Assembly: GCF_001447785.1 (NCBI RefSeq)
Contig: NW_015167580.1
Coordinates: forward strand, 272,687 to 336,686
DNA length: 64,000 nucleotides
Direction: 5' to 3'
DNA from: Gekko japonicus
Lineage: Eukaryota
Every line of letters begins with the position of its first letter. Within the stretch, counting starts at the first letter, position 1. A program made the position numbers and the translations under genes. The notes under the pieces are model-generated. The model had not been told where the DNA came from, searched no databases, and saw only the letters and a list, made by a program, of their open reading frames with translations. This document shows, piece by piece, positions 1-12,989 of the stretch.

Positions 1-544
1 ATAAGTATAATGGAAGAAGAGTGAAGAAGTGAATTTGCAGGAAGTTGAAGCACTGTGGGAAGCCATATATAAAGGGGGGGAAGGAGGTGGGTTAGGGTGT
101 AACGGGGGAGAATACAGAAATTGTAAATTGTTGATCATGTATGTTTATATCCTAAATAAAAAATTGTTATTAAAAAAAAAGAGAGAGAGAGAGAAGTCTA
201 CTCTACTAAGACAGTCCTGTCAGAAATTTACTAATGCATCCCCGGATTTTCAACTGAGCCTTTGTAGAGCCTGGTCCATTGATAGGCTTGTGGCCTCTTG
301 GGACACAAGAGTCATAGGACCTCTTATAGCATAGTCATTAGAGAACTGGACTAGGGTGTGGGAGACCCATGTTCCACTTGGCCGTGAAAGCTGATTGGGG
401 GACATTGGGCTACTCAATCTTTCTCAGTATAAGCAACCTCACGGGGTTTTGGTGAGGATAAAATGGAGGAGATGAGAATGTTGTGAGGCATTTAGGGCCC
501 CCATTGGGGAGCAATGTGCAGTAAGTCACTCAATTAAAAAATGA

Positions 545-790
545 ATATATCTAACTCTCTTCCAGTATGTCCCTCGTAGAGCCTTACTCTTGATAGATCA
601 AGATCTGCTGGTGATCCCCAGCCCTAAAGATGTTCACATAGCCTCAACCAGATCCAGAGCCTTTTCGGCACTGGTGCCGGCCTGGTGGAACACTCTCCCT
701 ACTGCGATTCAGGCCCTGAGAGACTTAATGCAGTTCCACAGGGCCTGCAAGAGGGAGATGTTATGCCAGGACTATGGATGAGGTGGCAGA
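545..790 (+). mobile_element. L2-clade LINE 3' fragment (decayed)
   Basis: Translation ...SRAFSALVPAWWNTLP...F.RACK, typical of an L2 ORF2 C-terminus. Confidence 0.7.
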
Positions 791-1002
791 GACCTATTTA
801 TATTGTCATCTGCTAGTCCTTTGTCCACCATTCCCCCTGTATTAGTTATCATCCACCTGCAAGCATGTGGGGAATCTACGCAGAAGTAGATGGAGATAGA
901 GTAGATTGGTTGAACAGTGCCATCGATTTTTAAAGCTGAGATATTAACTGTTCTTATTGTGATTTGGATTTTGATGCTTGTGACTTGGGTTTTAATAATT
1001 GT

Positions 1003-1193
1003 CAGGGCTCTTTTTGTAGCAGGGATTCCTTTGCATATTAGGTGACACACCACTAATGTTGCCAATATTCCAAGAGTTTACAGAGCTCTTCTTACAGGGG
1101 CTACTGTAAGCTCTTGGAGGATTGGCTACATTAGGGGTGTGTCGCCTAATATGCCTAATATGCAAAGGAGTTCTTGGTACAAAAAGAGCCCTG
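1003..1193. mobile_element. Palindromic MITE (CAGGG-ended, hAT-like)
   Basis: 16-bp perfect TIR CAGGGCTCTTTTTGTA/TACAAAAAGAGCCCTG; element folds back along most of its length; TSD not evident. Confidence 0.75.
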
Positions 1194-1794
1194 CACAGAA
1201 TAATGTATTTATTGTTTTTGTAACCTGCCCTGAGCAGACTTGGGGGGGGGGGGGGCTAGAACCAAATAAATAAATATAAACCATGTGGCTTTCATCGAAA
1301 GTAGCAAATATGATTCTTTCTTCTCATTTCAATGTGTTCTTATGTAAAGTTTTAGAATCAAGAGAATGCCTGTTCAAGCTTTCTTTCCTTAACATTTTTG
1401 AGTTACAGTTCTTCCGTTTCAGATTTCTTAGGTGGCTCCCAAACATCAAAACCCAATCAAACTTTAAAACAACCACAATAATGACAAGTAAAAGACACGT
1501 TTAATTCTGTAAATATCTCAATTACAAACAGAAAGGATCAGATCGAAGTTCCAATCCAGATACTTACTAACTCCTTTTCAAACTCTGATGACAAATCATC
1601 TGAAAGGACTACAGATTGGGACCTGGGCTGTTCATCTAAGTTATTTAATATGTGGGTGGGGCAAGGAGGAGGGTGGGCCTACTTGAAGGGAAATGATTTG
1701 AATGGAGTGACCGATGCTGATAAAAAGGGAACAGGAGCCTTTGAACCAGAAACTCCTCTGCCTCAGGAGACCAAGCTCATTGGAATTTCCCATC

Positions 1795-2242
1795 ATGCTC
1801 TGGGTCTTACTGCTCTACACACTCCTTGCTTGTTGCTCAGGTAAGATAAAGGAACCTTTCTTTTTCTGTGCTGTTTCTGCAGAACCTGGAAAGAACAACA
1901 CTCATATCATTTTAATGGAGATATTTTCTTCTCTTTGCAGATTCCTTTGCCCAGTATGTGCTGACTCAACCACCATCCATGTCTGTATCTTCGGAACAAA
2001 GTGCCCAAATAACTTGTTCAGGGAAGAGCATTGGGAGAAAAAGTGTGCACTGGTACCAGCAGAAACCCGGCAAGGCCCCAATCCTCATTATATATGGTGA
2101 TGATACCAGACCCTCCGGGATCTCAGAGCGATTCTCTGGCTCCAACTCTGGCAACACAGCCAGGCTTACTATCGCCAGGGCCCAGGCAGAGGATGAGGCC
2201 GATTATTACTGTCAGGTGTATGATGGCAGCACGGATCAGTGC
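1795..2242 (+). CDS. IGLV: V1: IGLV segment, group A (IGLV3-like), intact; leader 1795-1840, V exon 1941-2242
   Basis: Leader [17 protein letters not shown] 1841/AG 1940, QYVLTQPPS...CSG...WYQQKPG...[17 protein letters not shown]. Confidence 0.93.
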
Positions 2243-2281
2243 CACAGTGATGCAGACAGAGGGGGAAGTGAGACTAAAACC
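2243..2281 (+). other. 23-RSS of V1
   Basis: CACAGTG-23-ACTAAAACC. Confidence 0.92.
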
Positions 2282-3695
2282 TCCTGCTATGAAAGTCTGT
2301 TGCTTGCCTCATTGAACGCAGTCACTGCAGAGACCTGGGAGCCCATCACTAAGTAGAGGCAGAGTTGCCATCTGCAACCCCGATGGAACTCACTTTGTCC
2401 GTATGCTTGTTTGCTGACTTTCCATCCATACCACATCTTCAGTTTATCTCACATAAGCCGTGTAAACAAATCAGAATGGACAACCACATGACATAAAACT
2501 GCCCTGTGGAGCTGAAGCAGAGGATGAGTCGAAATTTCTCCTCTCTCTCTGAGAGCTGTGCGCAAATGTAGCCTGAAATCCCATTACCAGCAATGAAGAA
2601 TTCCAATGAAGTGCTAAAGGCTAGGTGTAGCGATTAGAGTTCTCCTCCTGTGGGCTCTTTTTGAGATCCTCTGTCAAAATCCTGGGAAACATTATGCATG
2701 GGGAAATGCTCAAGAAAAGCACATTTCCACCCCACCAAACAAAAGATGTATGGACTCATCTCTTCCCGATCCCCAAAGTAAAGATGCCACACAAACAACA
2801 TGGGATTTCATTAAATTATCAACCTATCTGAGCCTTATACCATCACACACACACACCCATCAATACAGGCCCTTTGACTCGGCATTTCCAGGCAATCACT
2901 TAGGTTGACAGAGGCGGAGGGGTGGCAACGACCCCTGTCACCCCCACCTTCCCACCTGCTAGCCTACCCATTGGCTTGCCCAACAACCAACCTGTGGCAC
3001 TGGGGTTGGATATGGCAAACGATAGGCCAGGTGGAGCTTCTGATTCCGGGCATGAGGGGCTGGTGGAGAGCCTGTTCCTTCTCTTCCTTCTGGGGAGGGG
3101 GGTGGACCAGCCTCAGGCCCATGCTTTTCCTCCTTCTCCTGCTTCCTCAACTCTCTGTGGTGGGGCGGGTGTGTGCGTGTGTGTGTGTGTGTGGAAGCAG
3201 ATGGCAGCTTCCGCCCGTGCAGTGGTGTGGTGGGAAGAGGGCAACAATTCCCCTCTGATGTTACCCTCTCCCATAGTCCTGTAGGTCCTTGGGCCTGAAA
3301 GATTCACAATCTTTCTGATGTGTGGAAAGAAGGGGGGTGGGTGTGGAAAATGGCAAGGAGGGTGGGTGGGCAGGCAGAACAGTGTAGAGAGGGATGGGTG
3401 AATAAGCAGAGTGGCAAGGAGGGGGGGATGAAGTCAGGCTGAAGAAAGAGGGGGCAGCAGGAGGGTGAGATGGGGATCAGTGTTGGGGTAAGTGAGAAGA
3501 AGCAGTGTGGAAGTAAAAAGATGGGAGGAGGTGGTGACAGTGGGAGGAAACAGTTCAGAAAGGGGAGTATAGTTCTCTGTGAGTTTCTCATGGGCCCCTG
3601 CTTGCAATTCCTCTAAAGTCATAAACAAAATGAGGCTTGCAAATTTGGGAACTAGTCCAGGGAGCTGAAACCTCAGGTCTCTGAAACCATAGAAT

Positions 3696-3722
3696 CTGCA
3701 ACCACGGCCACTAGAGGGCAGC
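3696..3722 (+). promoter_or_regulatory. CTCF-like site with upstream module
   Basis: TGCAA-ccacgg-CCACTAGAGGGCAG. Confidence 0.7.
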
Positions 3723-4297
3723 CCTAATCCAGAAAACACTGGCCCAGTTGCCATTTCAAAGTGAATGAGAAGGAGCGGCTGGTTTAGCACCATGATCAGT
3801 ATTTCCCCATTCAGCTGTTCTTTGCGGTTAATCTTCTTACAAACCTTGGAGGGGGGGGAGCATAGATCTGCCCAGCTGCAATGCTTTGCTGTATATCCGT
3901 CCAGGAGAGACATCTGTGAAGTCTTGCAGTCCTGCTCCCCCAAAAAAAGTGCTTTGTGGCAAAGGTAGTACCTAGGGACACCTTGTAGTGTTCCCATCTA
4001 ACAAGGCCATTTTTCATTGGCTTGTTTTAACAAGCTCGCTTTGGCGGAAGTTCATGGTAGGTTGGCAGGGTTAGGGTTAGGATTGATACAGACAGGAGGG
4101 TCACTCGCTCATTTATTTTATGCAGTGAGAATAACTTGATATACTTCTAGTTCATATTGTGTCTCCCCCCTCAAAATCTAGGACTGAAGCAAAATTTCAA
4201 AGCCAAACCTAAGCAGCATATAGCTAGTGGCCGTTCAGCGGCAGAAGAAAAAGCAGCCTGAAGAGGCCCGGTTGAAGCATCACTTGCACGGGATGGC

Positions 4298-4396
4298 ACA
4301 TCCTGTTTTCAAGTATCCCTCTGATCATAGGGGCCAATCAGATTTGAGCTGATCACATGACAATGCTCCACCTCTCCCCGTAGCATGGAGATAAAG
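4298..4396 (+). promoter_or_regulatory. Group-B core promoter module (ETS-like, CCAAT, E-box, TATA-like); shown for V2
   Basis: ACATCCTGT, CCAATCAG, TCACATGA, GATAAAG; homologous blocks upstream of V3, V4, V5, V11, V12, V14, V15, V16, V18. Confidence 0.6.
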
Positions 4397-4470
4397 ACCC
4401 ACAAATGGACTGGCTTCCCATTGCGGGTCTTTTGCTTCCTTTCCTCTCTGGGTCCCCAGATCTCCTCATC

Positions 4471-4950
4471 ATGTTCTGGCCTCCCCTTCTCATCCTTCTA
4501 GTGCTGTGGTGCACAGGTGAGAGCAGGTGAAATAGACTCTGCAGTTATTGCTGAGTGGAGGGCAGGTGAGGAGCAAATGGTGTGAGACGGTTTCTCTATT
4601 ATCCTTTTCTCCAGGTTCAGATTCTCAGCCTGTGCTGACTCAGCCGCCATCAGCATCGGTGACACCAGGGAAGACAGTGAAGCTCTCCTGCGTCATGAGC
4701 AGTGGGTTTGACATCAGTGGCTATGACATATACTGGTACCAGCAGAAGCCTGGAAATCCCCCAAGATACCTCTTATATTATAAGTCAGATTCCAGCAAGC
4801 ACCAGGGCTCTGGGGTCCCCTCTCGTTTCTCTGCTTCCAAAGACACGTCTGCAAACACCTGCCATTTAACCATCACGGGATCCCTGGCAGAAGACGAGGC
4901 TGATTACCACTGTGCTACCTATCATGGCAGTGGCAGTACCTTTCGGTAAA
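4471..4950 (+). CDS. IGLV: V2: IGLV segment, group B; leader 4471-4516, V exon 4615-4950; in-frame TAA 4947-4949 just before the RSS
   Basis: Leader [19 protein letters not shown] intron, QPVLTQPPS...[16 protein letters not shown]...DEADYHCATYHGSGSTFR*. Confidence 0.93.
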
Positions 4951-4989
4951 CACAATGATTCAGTTAAATGTGGAACTAGGACAAAACCT
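4951..4989 (+). other. 23-RSS of V2
   Basis: CACAATG-23-ACAAAACCT. Confidence 0.88.
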
Positions 4990-6608
4990 CTGCTTGGTTC
5001 AGAGCACCCGAGCTCTGCTCATGCTTGAAGGTCTGTTCAGTCAGCTGCTAGGCTGGAGCCTCAGCCTTATCTTAGCCATGGTGCCCCACAGGCAACGGGT
5101 TCTGTCTCACAGTCGGCTCACAACTTGTGTCACAGGACTCGCAAGCATATACTTACAATTCTATGGGTCTGATTCAGTGCCTCATTATTGATTGAAAATG
5201 GCTAGTGTCGACCGTCCCTCTTCCCATGAAGACCACAAAAACTAGTGTTTGGGTAGAACTACATTTTCTTCAATCAACCATGATTCCATGGGCTATTCAG
5301 TGGGCATTACAAGTAAGGCAGCATCCAAGAAGCTCCCTTCTGCCTCCAAATTTGGCCAGCATGACCTCCGGCTTTGTTGATTTTTTAGCCTGCCCATTAA
5401 CTGGGCCAAGCGGAGCCACTCCTCCAGCCCCACTCCAGCAACCAAGGAGGTGGCTAATGCTGCTCAGCATTCAAGGCACTGTCATGACCCCCTGGAACCC
5501 ATCATCAACTAATCCAGCAATGAAGGAAGAAAAGCAACCCCGGCTGATGGCTGCTATGCTAAGGGTTGGCCTGTAGCCTGCAATCCAAGGTTTCATGTAA
5601 CCTTTCTGTGCAATTGCCCACCCATGAACTGCCTTTCCTTTCCCTTTTCCTTTCCCCTCATTTTTTTGGGGGTGGGTAGGTTTTGTTGCCTCGTATTGTT
5701 TTTTCATCCCCCCCCCTCTCTTTCCTTTTAGCTCCTGGTGTGTTTTTGATGACAATTCAACCTTTTAAACATCTAAAAATAATGCAATTATATAATTGAT
5801 TTGATAATCATGGAAACTCAACAAGTGCAGCGCTCCCATTTAGCGTGTTTCATAATTATTGGATGACACTGTGAAGAATCGGTGTATCTGTTTGATGACT
5901 GCAAACAGAAATGGTGATCTAGTTGCCATTTCAAAGTGAATGAAAAGGAGTGGATGGTTGAGCACCATGATCAGTATTTCCCCATTCAGCTGTTCTTTGG
6001 GGTTAATCTTCTTACAAACCTTGGAGGAGGGGGAGCCTAGATCTGCCCAGCTGCAATGCTTTGCTGTATATCCGTCCAGGAAAGACATCTGTGAAGTCTT
6101 CCAAACCTGCTCCCCCCAAAAATGTGCTTGTGGCAAAGGGACACCTTGTAGTGTCCCCATCTAACTAGGCCATTTTTCATTGGCCTGTTTTAACAAGCTC
6201 ACTTTGGCGGAAGTTCATGGTAGGTTGGCAGGGTTAGGGTTAGGATTGATACAGACAGGCGGGTCAATCTCTCATTTATTTTATGCAGTGAGGATAACTT
6301 GATATACTTCTAGTTCATATTGTGTCTCCCCCCTCAAAATCTAGGACTGAAGCAAAATTTCAAAGCCAAACCTAAGCAGCGTATTGCTAGTGGCCGCTCA
6401 GCGGCGGAAGAAAAAGCATCACTTGCACGGGACGGCACATCCTGTTTTTAAGTACCCCTCTGATCATAGGGGCCAATCAGATTTGAGCTGATCATATGAC
6501 AATGCTCCACCTCCCCCCAATGCATGGAGATAAAGACCCACAAATGGACCGGCTGCCCATTGCGGGTCTTTGCTTCCTTTCCTCTTTGGGTCCCCAGATC
6601 TCCTCATC

Positions 6609-6936
6609 ATGTTCTGGTCTCCCCTTCTCATCCTTCTAGTGCTGTGGTGCACAGGTGAGAGCAGGTGAAATAGACTCTGCAGTTATTGCTGAGGGGAGGG
6701 CAGGTGAGGAGCAAATGGTGTGAGACGGTTTCTCTATTATCCTTTTCTCCAGGTTCAGATTCTCAGCCTGTGCTGACTCAGCCGCCATCAGCATCGGTGA
6801 CAGCAGGGAAGACAGTGAAGTTCTCCTGTATCATGAGCAGTGGATTCAGCATCAGTGGCTATGATGTATACTGGTACCAGCAGAAGCCTGGAAATCCACC
6901 AAAATACCTCTTATGGTATTATTCCGATTCCAGCAA
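6609..6936 (+). CDS. IGLV: V3: IGLV segment, group B, truncated by assembly gap; leader 6609-6654, V exon from 6753
   Basis: Near-identical to V2/V4 and open up to CDR2, where the N-run begins. Confidence 0.9.
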
Positions 6937-7791
6937 NNNNNNNNNNNNNNNNNNNNNNNNNNNNNNNNNNNNNNNNNNNNNNNNNNNNNNNNNNNNNNNN
7001 NNNNNNNNNNNNNNNNNNNNNNNNNNNNNNNNNNNNNNNNNNNNNNNNNNNNNNNNNNNNNNNNNNNNNNNNNNNNNNNNNNNNNNNNNNNNNNNNNNNN
7101 NNNNNNNNNNNNNNNNNNNNNNNNNNNNNNNNNNNNNNNNNNNNNNNNNNNNNNNNNNNNNNNNNNNNNNNNNNNNNNNNNNNNNNNNNNNNNNNNNNNN
7201 NNNNNNNNNNNNNNNNNNNNNNNNNNNNNNNNNNNNNNNNNNNNNNNNNNNNNNNNNNNNNNNNNNNNNNNNNNNNNNNNNNNNNNNNNNNNNNNNNNNN
7301 NNNNNNNNNNNNNNNNNNNNNNNNNNNNNNNNNNNNNNNNNNNNNNNNNNNNNNNNNNNNNNNNNNNNNNNNNNNNNNNNNNNNNNNNNNNNNNNNNNNN
7401 NNNNNNNNNNNNNNNNNNNNNNNNNNNNNNNNNNNNNNNNNNNNNNNNNNNNNNNNNNNNNNNNNNNNNNNNNNNNNNNNNNNNNNNNNNNNNNNNNNNN
7501 NNNNNNNNNNNNNNNNNNNNNNNNNNNNNNNNNNNNNNNNNNNNNNNNNNNNNNNNNNNNNNNNNNNNNNNNNNNNNNNNNNNNNNNNNNNNNNNNNNNN
7601 NNNNNNNNNNNNNNNNNNNNNNNNNNNNNNNNNNNNNNNNNNNNNNNNNNNNNNNNNNNNNNNNNNNNNNNNNNNNNNNNNNNNNNNNNNNNNNNNNNNN
7701 NNNNNNNNNNNNNNNNNNNNNNNNNNNNNNNNNNNNNNNNNNNNNNNNNNNNNNNNNNNNNNNNNNNNNNNNNNNNNNNNNNNNNNNNNNN
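6937..7791. other. Assembly gap (N run)
   Basis: Run of N. Confidence 1.
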
Positions 7792-8658
7792 TTAAACATC
7801 TAAAAACAATGCAATTATATAATTTTTGATAATCATGGAAATTCAACAAGTGCAGTGCTCCCATTTAGCGTGCTTCATAATTATTGGATGACACTGTTAA
7901 GAATCGGTGTATCGGTTTGATGACTGCGAACAGAAACGGTGATCTAGTTGCCATTTCAACGTGGATGAAAAGGAGTGACTGGTTGAGCACCATGATCAGT
8001 ATTTCCCCATTCAGCTGTTCTTTGGGGTTAATCTTCTTACAAACCTTGAAGGAGGGGGAGCATAGATCTGCCCAGCTGCAATGCTTTGCTGTATATCCTT
8101 CCAGGAGAGACATCTGTGAAGTCTTGCAAACCTGCTCCCCCCAAAAAAGTGCTTTGTGGCAAAGGGACACCTTGTAGTGTTCCCATCTAACAAGGCCATT
8201 TTTCATTGGCTTGTTTTAACCAGCTCACTTTGGTGGAAGTTCATGGTAGGTTGGCAGGGTTAGGGTTAGGATTGATACAGACAGGCGGGTCAATCTCTCA
8301 TTTATTTTATGCAGTGAGGATAACTTGATATACTTCTAGTTCATATTGTGTCTCCCCCCTCAAAATCTAGGACTGAAGCAAAATTTCAAAGCCAAACCTA
8401 AGCAGCATATAGCTAGTGGCCGTTCAGCGGCAGAAGAAAAAGCAGCCTGAAGAGGCCCGGTTGAAGCATCACTTGCACGGGATGGCACATCCTGTTTTCA
8501 AGTACCCCTCTGATCATAGGGGCCAATCAAATTTGAGCTGATCACATGACAATGCTCTACCTCTCCCCATAGCATGGAGATAAAGACCCACAAATGGACC
8601 AGCTTCCCATTGCGGGTCTTTTGCTTCCTTTCCTCTTTGTTTCCCAGATCTCCTCATC

Positions 8659-9138
8659 ATGTTCTGGCCTCCCCTTCTCATCCTTCTAGTGCTGTGGTGC
8701 ACAGGTGAGAGCAGGTGAAATAGACTCTGCAGTTATTGCTGAGGGGAGGGCAGGTGAGGAGCAAATGGTGTGAGACGGTTTCTCTGTTATCCTTTTCTCC
8801 AGGTTCAGATTCTCAGCCTGTGCTGACTCAGCCGCCATCAGCATCGGTGACACCAGGGAAGACAGTGAAGCTCTCCTGCGTCATGAGCAGTGGGTTTGAC
8901 ATCAGTGGCTACTACATATACTGGTACCAGCAGAAGCCTGGGAATCCACCAAGATACCTCTTATGGTATTATTCCGATTCCAGCAAGGGCCAGGGCTCTG
9001 GGGTCCCCTCTCGTTTCTCTGCTTCCAAAGACACGTCTGCAAACACCTGCCATTTAACCATCACAGGATCCCTGGTAGAAGACGAGGCTGATTACCACTG
9101 TGCTACCTATCATGGCAGTGGCAGTACCTTTCGGTAAA
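8659..9138 (+). CDS. IGLV: V4: IGLV segment, group B; leader 8659-8704, V exon 8803-9138; TAA 9135-9137
   Basis: QPVLTQPPS...YHCATYHGSGSTFR*, intact splice sites. Confidence 0.93.
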
Positions 9139-9177
9139 CACAATGATTCAGTTAAATGTGGAACTAGGACAAAACCT
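9139..9177 (+). other. 23-RSS of V4
   Basis: CACAATG-23-ACAAAACCT. Confidence 0.88.
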
Positions 9178-10493
9178 CTGCTTGGTTCAGAGCACCCGAG
9201 CTCTGCTCATGCTTGAGGATCTGTTCAGTCAGCTGCTAGGCTGGAGCCTCGGCCTTATCTTAGCCATGGTTCCCCACAGGCAATGGGCTCTGTCTCACAG
9301 TCGGCTCACAACTTGTGTCACAGGACTCGCAAGCATATACTTACAATTCTATGGGTCTGATGTTGAGGGCTGAGGCACCTTCAATACCTCATATTGATTG
9401 AAAATGCTTAGTGTCGACCGTCCCCCTTCCCATGAAGACCACAAAAACTACAGTGTTTGGGTAGAACTACATTTTCTTCAATCAACCATGATTCCTTTTC
9501 CTTTTCCTTTCCCCTCCTTTTTCTTTTTTGGGGTGGGTAGATCTTGTTGCCTCATACTTGTATTGTTTTTTTCATTCTCTCCCCCCCTTCTCTTCCCCTT
9601 TAGCTCCCAGTGTGTTTTTGATGACAATTCAATCTTTTAAACATCTAAAAATAATGCAATTATATAATTGATTTGATAATCATGGAAACTCAACAAGTGC
9701 AGTGCTCCCATTTAGCGTGCTTCATAATTATTGGATGACACTGTTAAGAATTGGTGTATCGGTGATCTAGTGGCTGGTTGAGCACCATGATCAGAATTTC
9801 CCCATTCAGCTGTTCTTCAGGGTTAATCTTCTTACAATTTTTTTTTTTGGGGGGGGGAGTATAGATCTGCCCAGCTGCAATGCTTTGCTGTATATCCATC
9901 TAGTAGAGACATTTGTGATGTCTTGCAATCCTGCAAAACAAGGTGCTGGGGCGGGGGGACTGTCTCGGTCCCCTATACAACTAAGTATAAGGTTGTACTT
10001 AGGGACACCTAGCAAGACCTTTTTTCATTGGCTTGTTTTAACAAGCTTACTTTGGTGGTTGTTCATGGTAGGTCTGTAAGTTTAGGGTTAGAATTGAGTT
10101 AGACAGTAGGGTCAATCCCCCATCTCTTTTATGCAGTGAGAATAAGTTCTAGACTACAGTGCTATACTTCCAGTTCATATTGTGTCTCACCCCTCAGCAT
10201 CTAGGACTGAAGCAAAATTTCAAACCCGATCCTAAGCAGCATATTGCTAGTAGCAGTTTGGCAGCAGAAGAAAAAGCTGCCTTAAGAGGCCCGGTTGAAG
10301 GATCACTTGCATGCGATGGCACATCCTGTTTTCAAGTACCACTCTGATCATCAGGACCAATCAGGCTTGAGCTGATCACATGACAGTGCTCCACCTCTCC
10401 CCATAGGGTGGATATAAAAGCCCACAAATGGACCAGATACCCAATGTGAGCCTTTTGTTTCCTTTCTTCTCTGGGTCCCCAGATCTTCTCATC

Positions 10494-10975
10494 ATGTCCT
10501 TGCTTCCCTTTCTCATCCTTCTAGTGCTGTGGTGCACAGGTGAGAGCAGGTGAAATAGACTCTGCAGTTATTGCTGAGGGGAGGGCAGGTGAGGAGCAAA
10601 TGGTGTGAGAAAATTTCTACCATATCATTTTTTTTCCAGGTTCAGACTCTCAGCCTGTGCTGACTCAGACCCCATCAGCATCACTGTCACCAGGGAGCAC
10701 CATGAAGCTCTCCTGCACCATGGGCAGCGGGTTCAGCATCAGTAGCTACTACATATACTGGTACCAGCAGAAGCCTGGCAACCCCCCAAGATTCCTTGTA
10801 CGATATTATTCAGATTCCAATGTGATTCAGGGCTCCGGGGTCCCCTCTCGTTTCTCAGGGTCCAAAGACACATCTGCAAACATCTGTTATTTAACCATTA
10901 CGGAATCCCTGGTGGAAGACGAAGCTGATTATTACTGTGCTACCGGTCATGGCAGTGGTAGTACCTTTCAGTAAA
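10494..10975 (+). CDS. IGLV: V5: IGLV segment, group B; leader 10494-10539, V exon 10640-10975; TAA 10972-10974
   Basis: Leader [15 protein letters not shown]; QPVLTQTPS...YYCATGHGSGSTFQ*. Confidence 0.93.
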
Positions 10976-11014
10976 CACAATGATTCAGTTAAATGTGGAA
11001 CTAAGACAAAATCT
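10976..11014 (+). other. 23-RSS of V5
   Basis: CACAATG-23-ACAAAATCT. Confidence 0.86.
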
Positions 11015-12989
11015 GAGCTTGGTTCCGAGCAGCCGAGCTTTGCAAGATAGAGCTTCATGCTTGAGGAACTCATCAGTCAGCTGCTTGGCTGGAGCCTCAG
11101 CCTTATCTTAGCCATGGTGCCCCACAGGCAATGGGTTCTGTCTCAGAGTCACCTCACAACTTGTATCACAGGATTTACAAGCATATACTTACAATTATAT
11201 GGGTCTGATTTTGAAGGCCGAGGCACCTTCAACACTATCTATGATGATAATATCATTAATAGAAAATGGTTAGTGTATGCTGTGTATTAAGCCTGAGTAA
11301 TCCCTGAAAGAGTATCAGGTTCTAGTTGATCTTACTTTCCCAGAACAATAGCCTACTAGGATCCTGGAGTAGACCAATTGAGTAACAGTGGTATGTAAAT
11401 AGCCTATCACTGGGAGTGGGTTGTGTTTGGGTGTGGTGATTGCATGCTTTAAAATAGGGCAGATGCCCTGAAGTTTTGTCTTGTGTGTTCCCGAAATCAC
11501 TGAATAAAGTAGAGCTGATTTACTGCAATGTGGCCAGAGCCCAGTATTGAACAGTATTGAACAGTATAGATCCATTCCTCCCCCTTCCCATGAAGACACA
11601 AGGAAAAACAGTGTTTGAGTAAAACTACATTTTATTTAATTGACCAAAAGGCCTGATCTATGTCATCAAATGATTCCATGTGCATCACAAGTCCGGCAGC
11701 ATTTGAACAGCTCCCTTCTGTCTCCAAACCTGGCCAACATGACCTCCAGCTGTGTGGGGTTTTTTTTACAAAAACTACAGTGTTTGGGTAAAACTACATT
11801 TTATTAAATCAACAATGATACCATGGGCTATTCAGCGTGCATTACAAGTAAGGCAGCATCCAAGACGCTCCCTTCTGCCTCCAAATTTGGCCAGCATGAC
11901 CTCCAGCTTTGTTGATTTTTAGCCTGCCCATTAACTGGGCCAAGCGGAGCCACTCCTCCAGCCCCACTCCAGCAAGGAAGGAGGTGGCTAATGCTGCTCA
12001 GCATTTGGGGCACTGTCATGACCCCTTCGCCTGAACCCGCCAACTAATCTATCAATGAAGCAAGGCAAGCAACCCCGGTGGATGGCTACTACACTAAGAG
12101 TCGGCCTGTAGCCTGTATCCAAGGTCATTTTCTATAATAGTCTCATCTTTGTGTCTTCCATTCTTTGCACCCAGCTCAGCCCGACCTTGCAAATTAGGAG
12201 AAAGGGTGTTGCAGCAAGATAAAATTCTCTTGCTTTTCCTTAATTTCTCTCCCTGTTTTCCATACTTTTCTCATTCATTTCTATCTCCCTCCACCTAATT
12301 GTTTTTTCCCCACTGCCCTTTTGTGTCATCAGTGTCATGTGTTCACGGTGCCTCCCACCCTCCCGCTCTCCCTCAGGTTGTTCCCCTCTGTGATACTCTA
12401 ATTCCTTTAAAAGGTAATGTTGATTGCATTACAACACAATTTTTTTCATTATAATGTAGCAACATTATAACATTGGGACAAAATGGGCAGGGAGGTTTCG
12501 TGTAGCCTTCTCTGTGCAGTTACCCATCCATTAATTGTTTTGATCATTTTGCTATGACATTTGGTTTGGATTGGGGTCATATGAGGGGGCCCAGATGGGA
12601 TCTTTGTCCAGGGGCCCATGGTGGCTCTCGGCAGCCCTGGATTTCAATGCAGGGTGGGATCAGAAGAATGACAAGATTTAAGAGAGAACAGGAGGGTCTG
12701 GATCCGAGAGAACTGATTTTTCTAGAGACACATACCATTGATACATCATTTTATAAAAGTTCTCTTGTAAATAAATACTTATTAATACTTATGACAGTCC
12801 TTACACATTCCACAGTGGTGCAGACCGTAGAGGAACAGAGACAAAAACATAAGATTCAGATCAAATATTACTCCAGAAATCAAGTGTTTCTGGCGGATGC
12901 CGTTGCAATGACTGTTCTATAGCAAGATTGCTTAGGCACTCCCTGTGTGAAGAGAGAGAGATGCTTTGGACTAGCTTTGTCACATGAAC

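Larger units (their letters stand above)
3745..11280 (+). repeat. Tandem array of four ~1.8-2.1-kb units carrying V2-V5
   Basis: Leader ATG spacings 2138, 2050 and 1835; flanks highly similar. Confidence 0.9.

Noticed and set aside
3434-3997. Recurrent antisense ORFs (also 5840-6160, 7865-8206)
   Set aside because: Repeat only because the flank is duplicated; frames and lengths are not conserved; no recognisable domain
6686-7864. Long ORFs of 296-369 aa
   Set aside because: Artefacts of the N run
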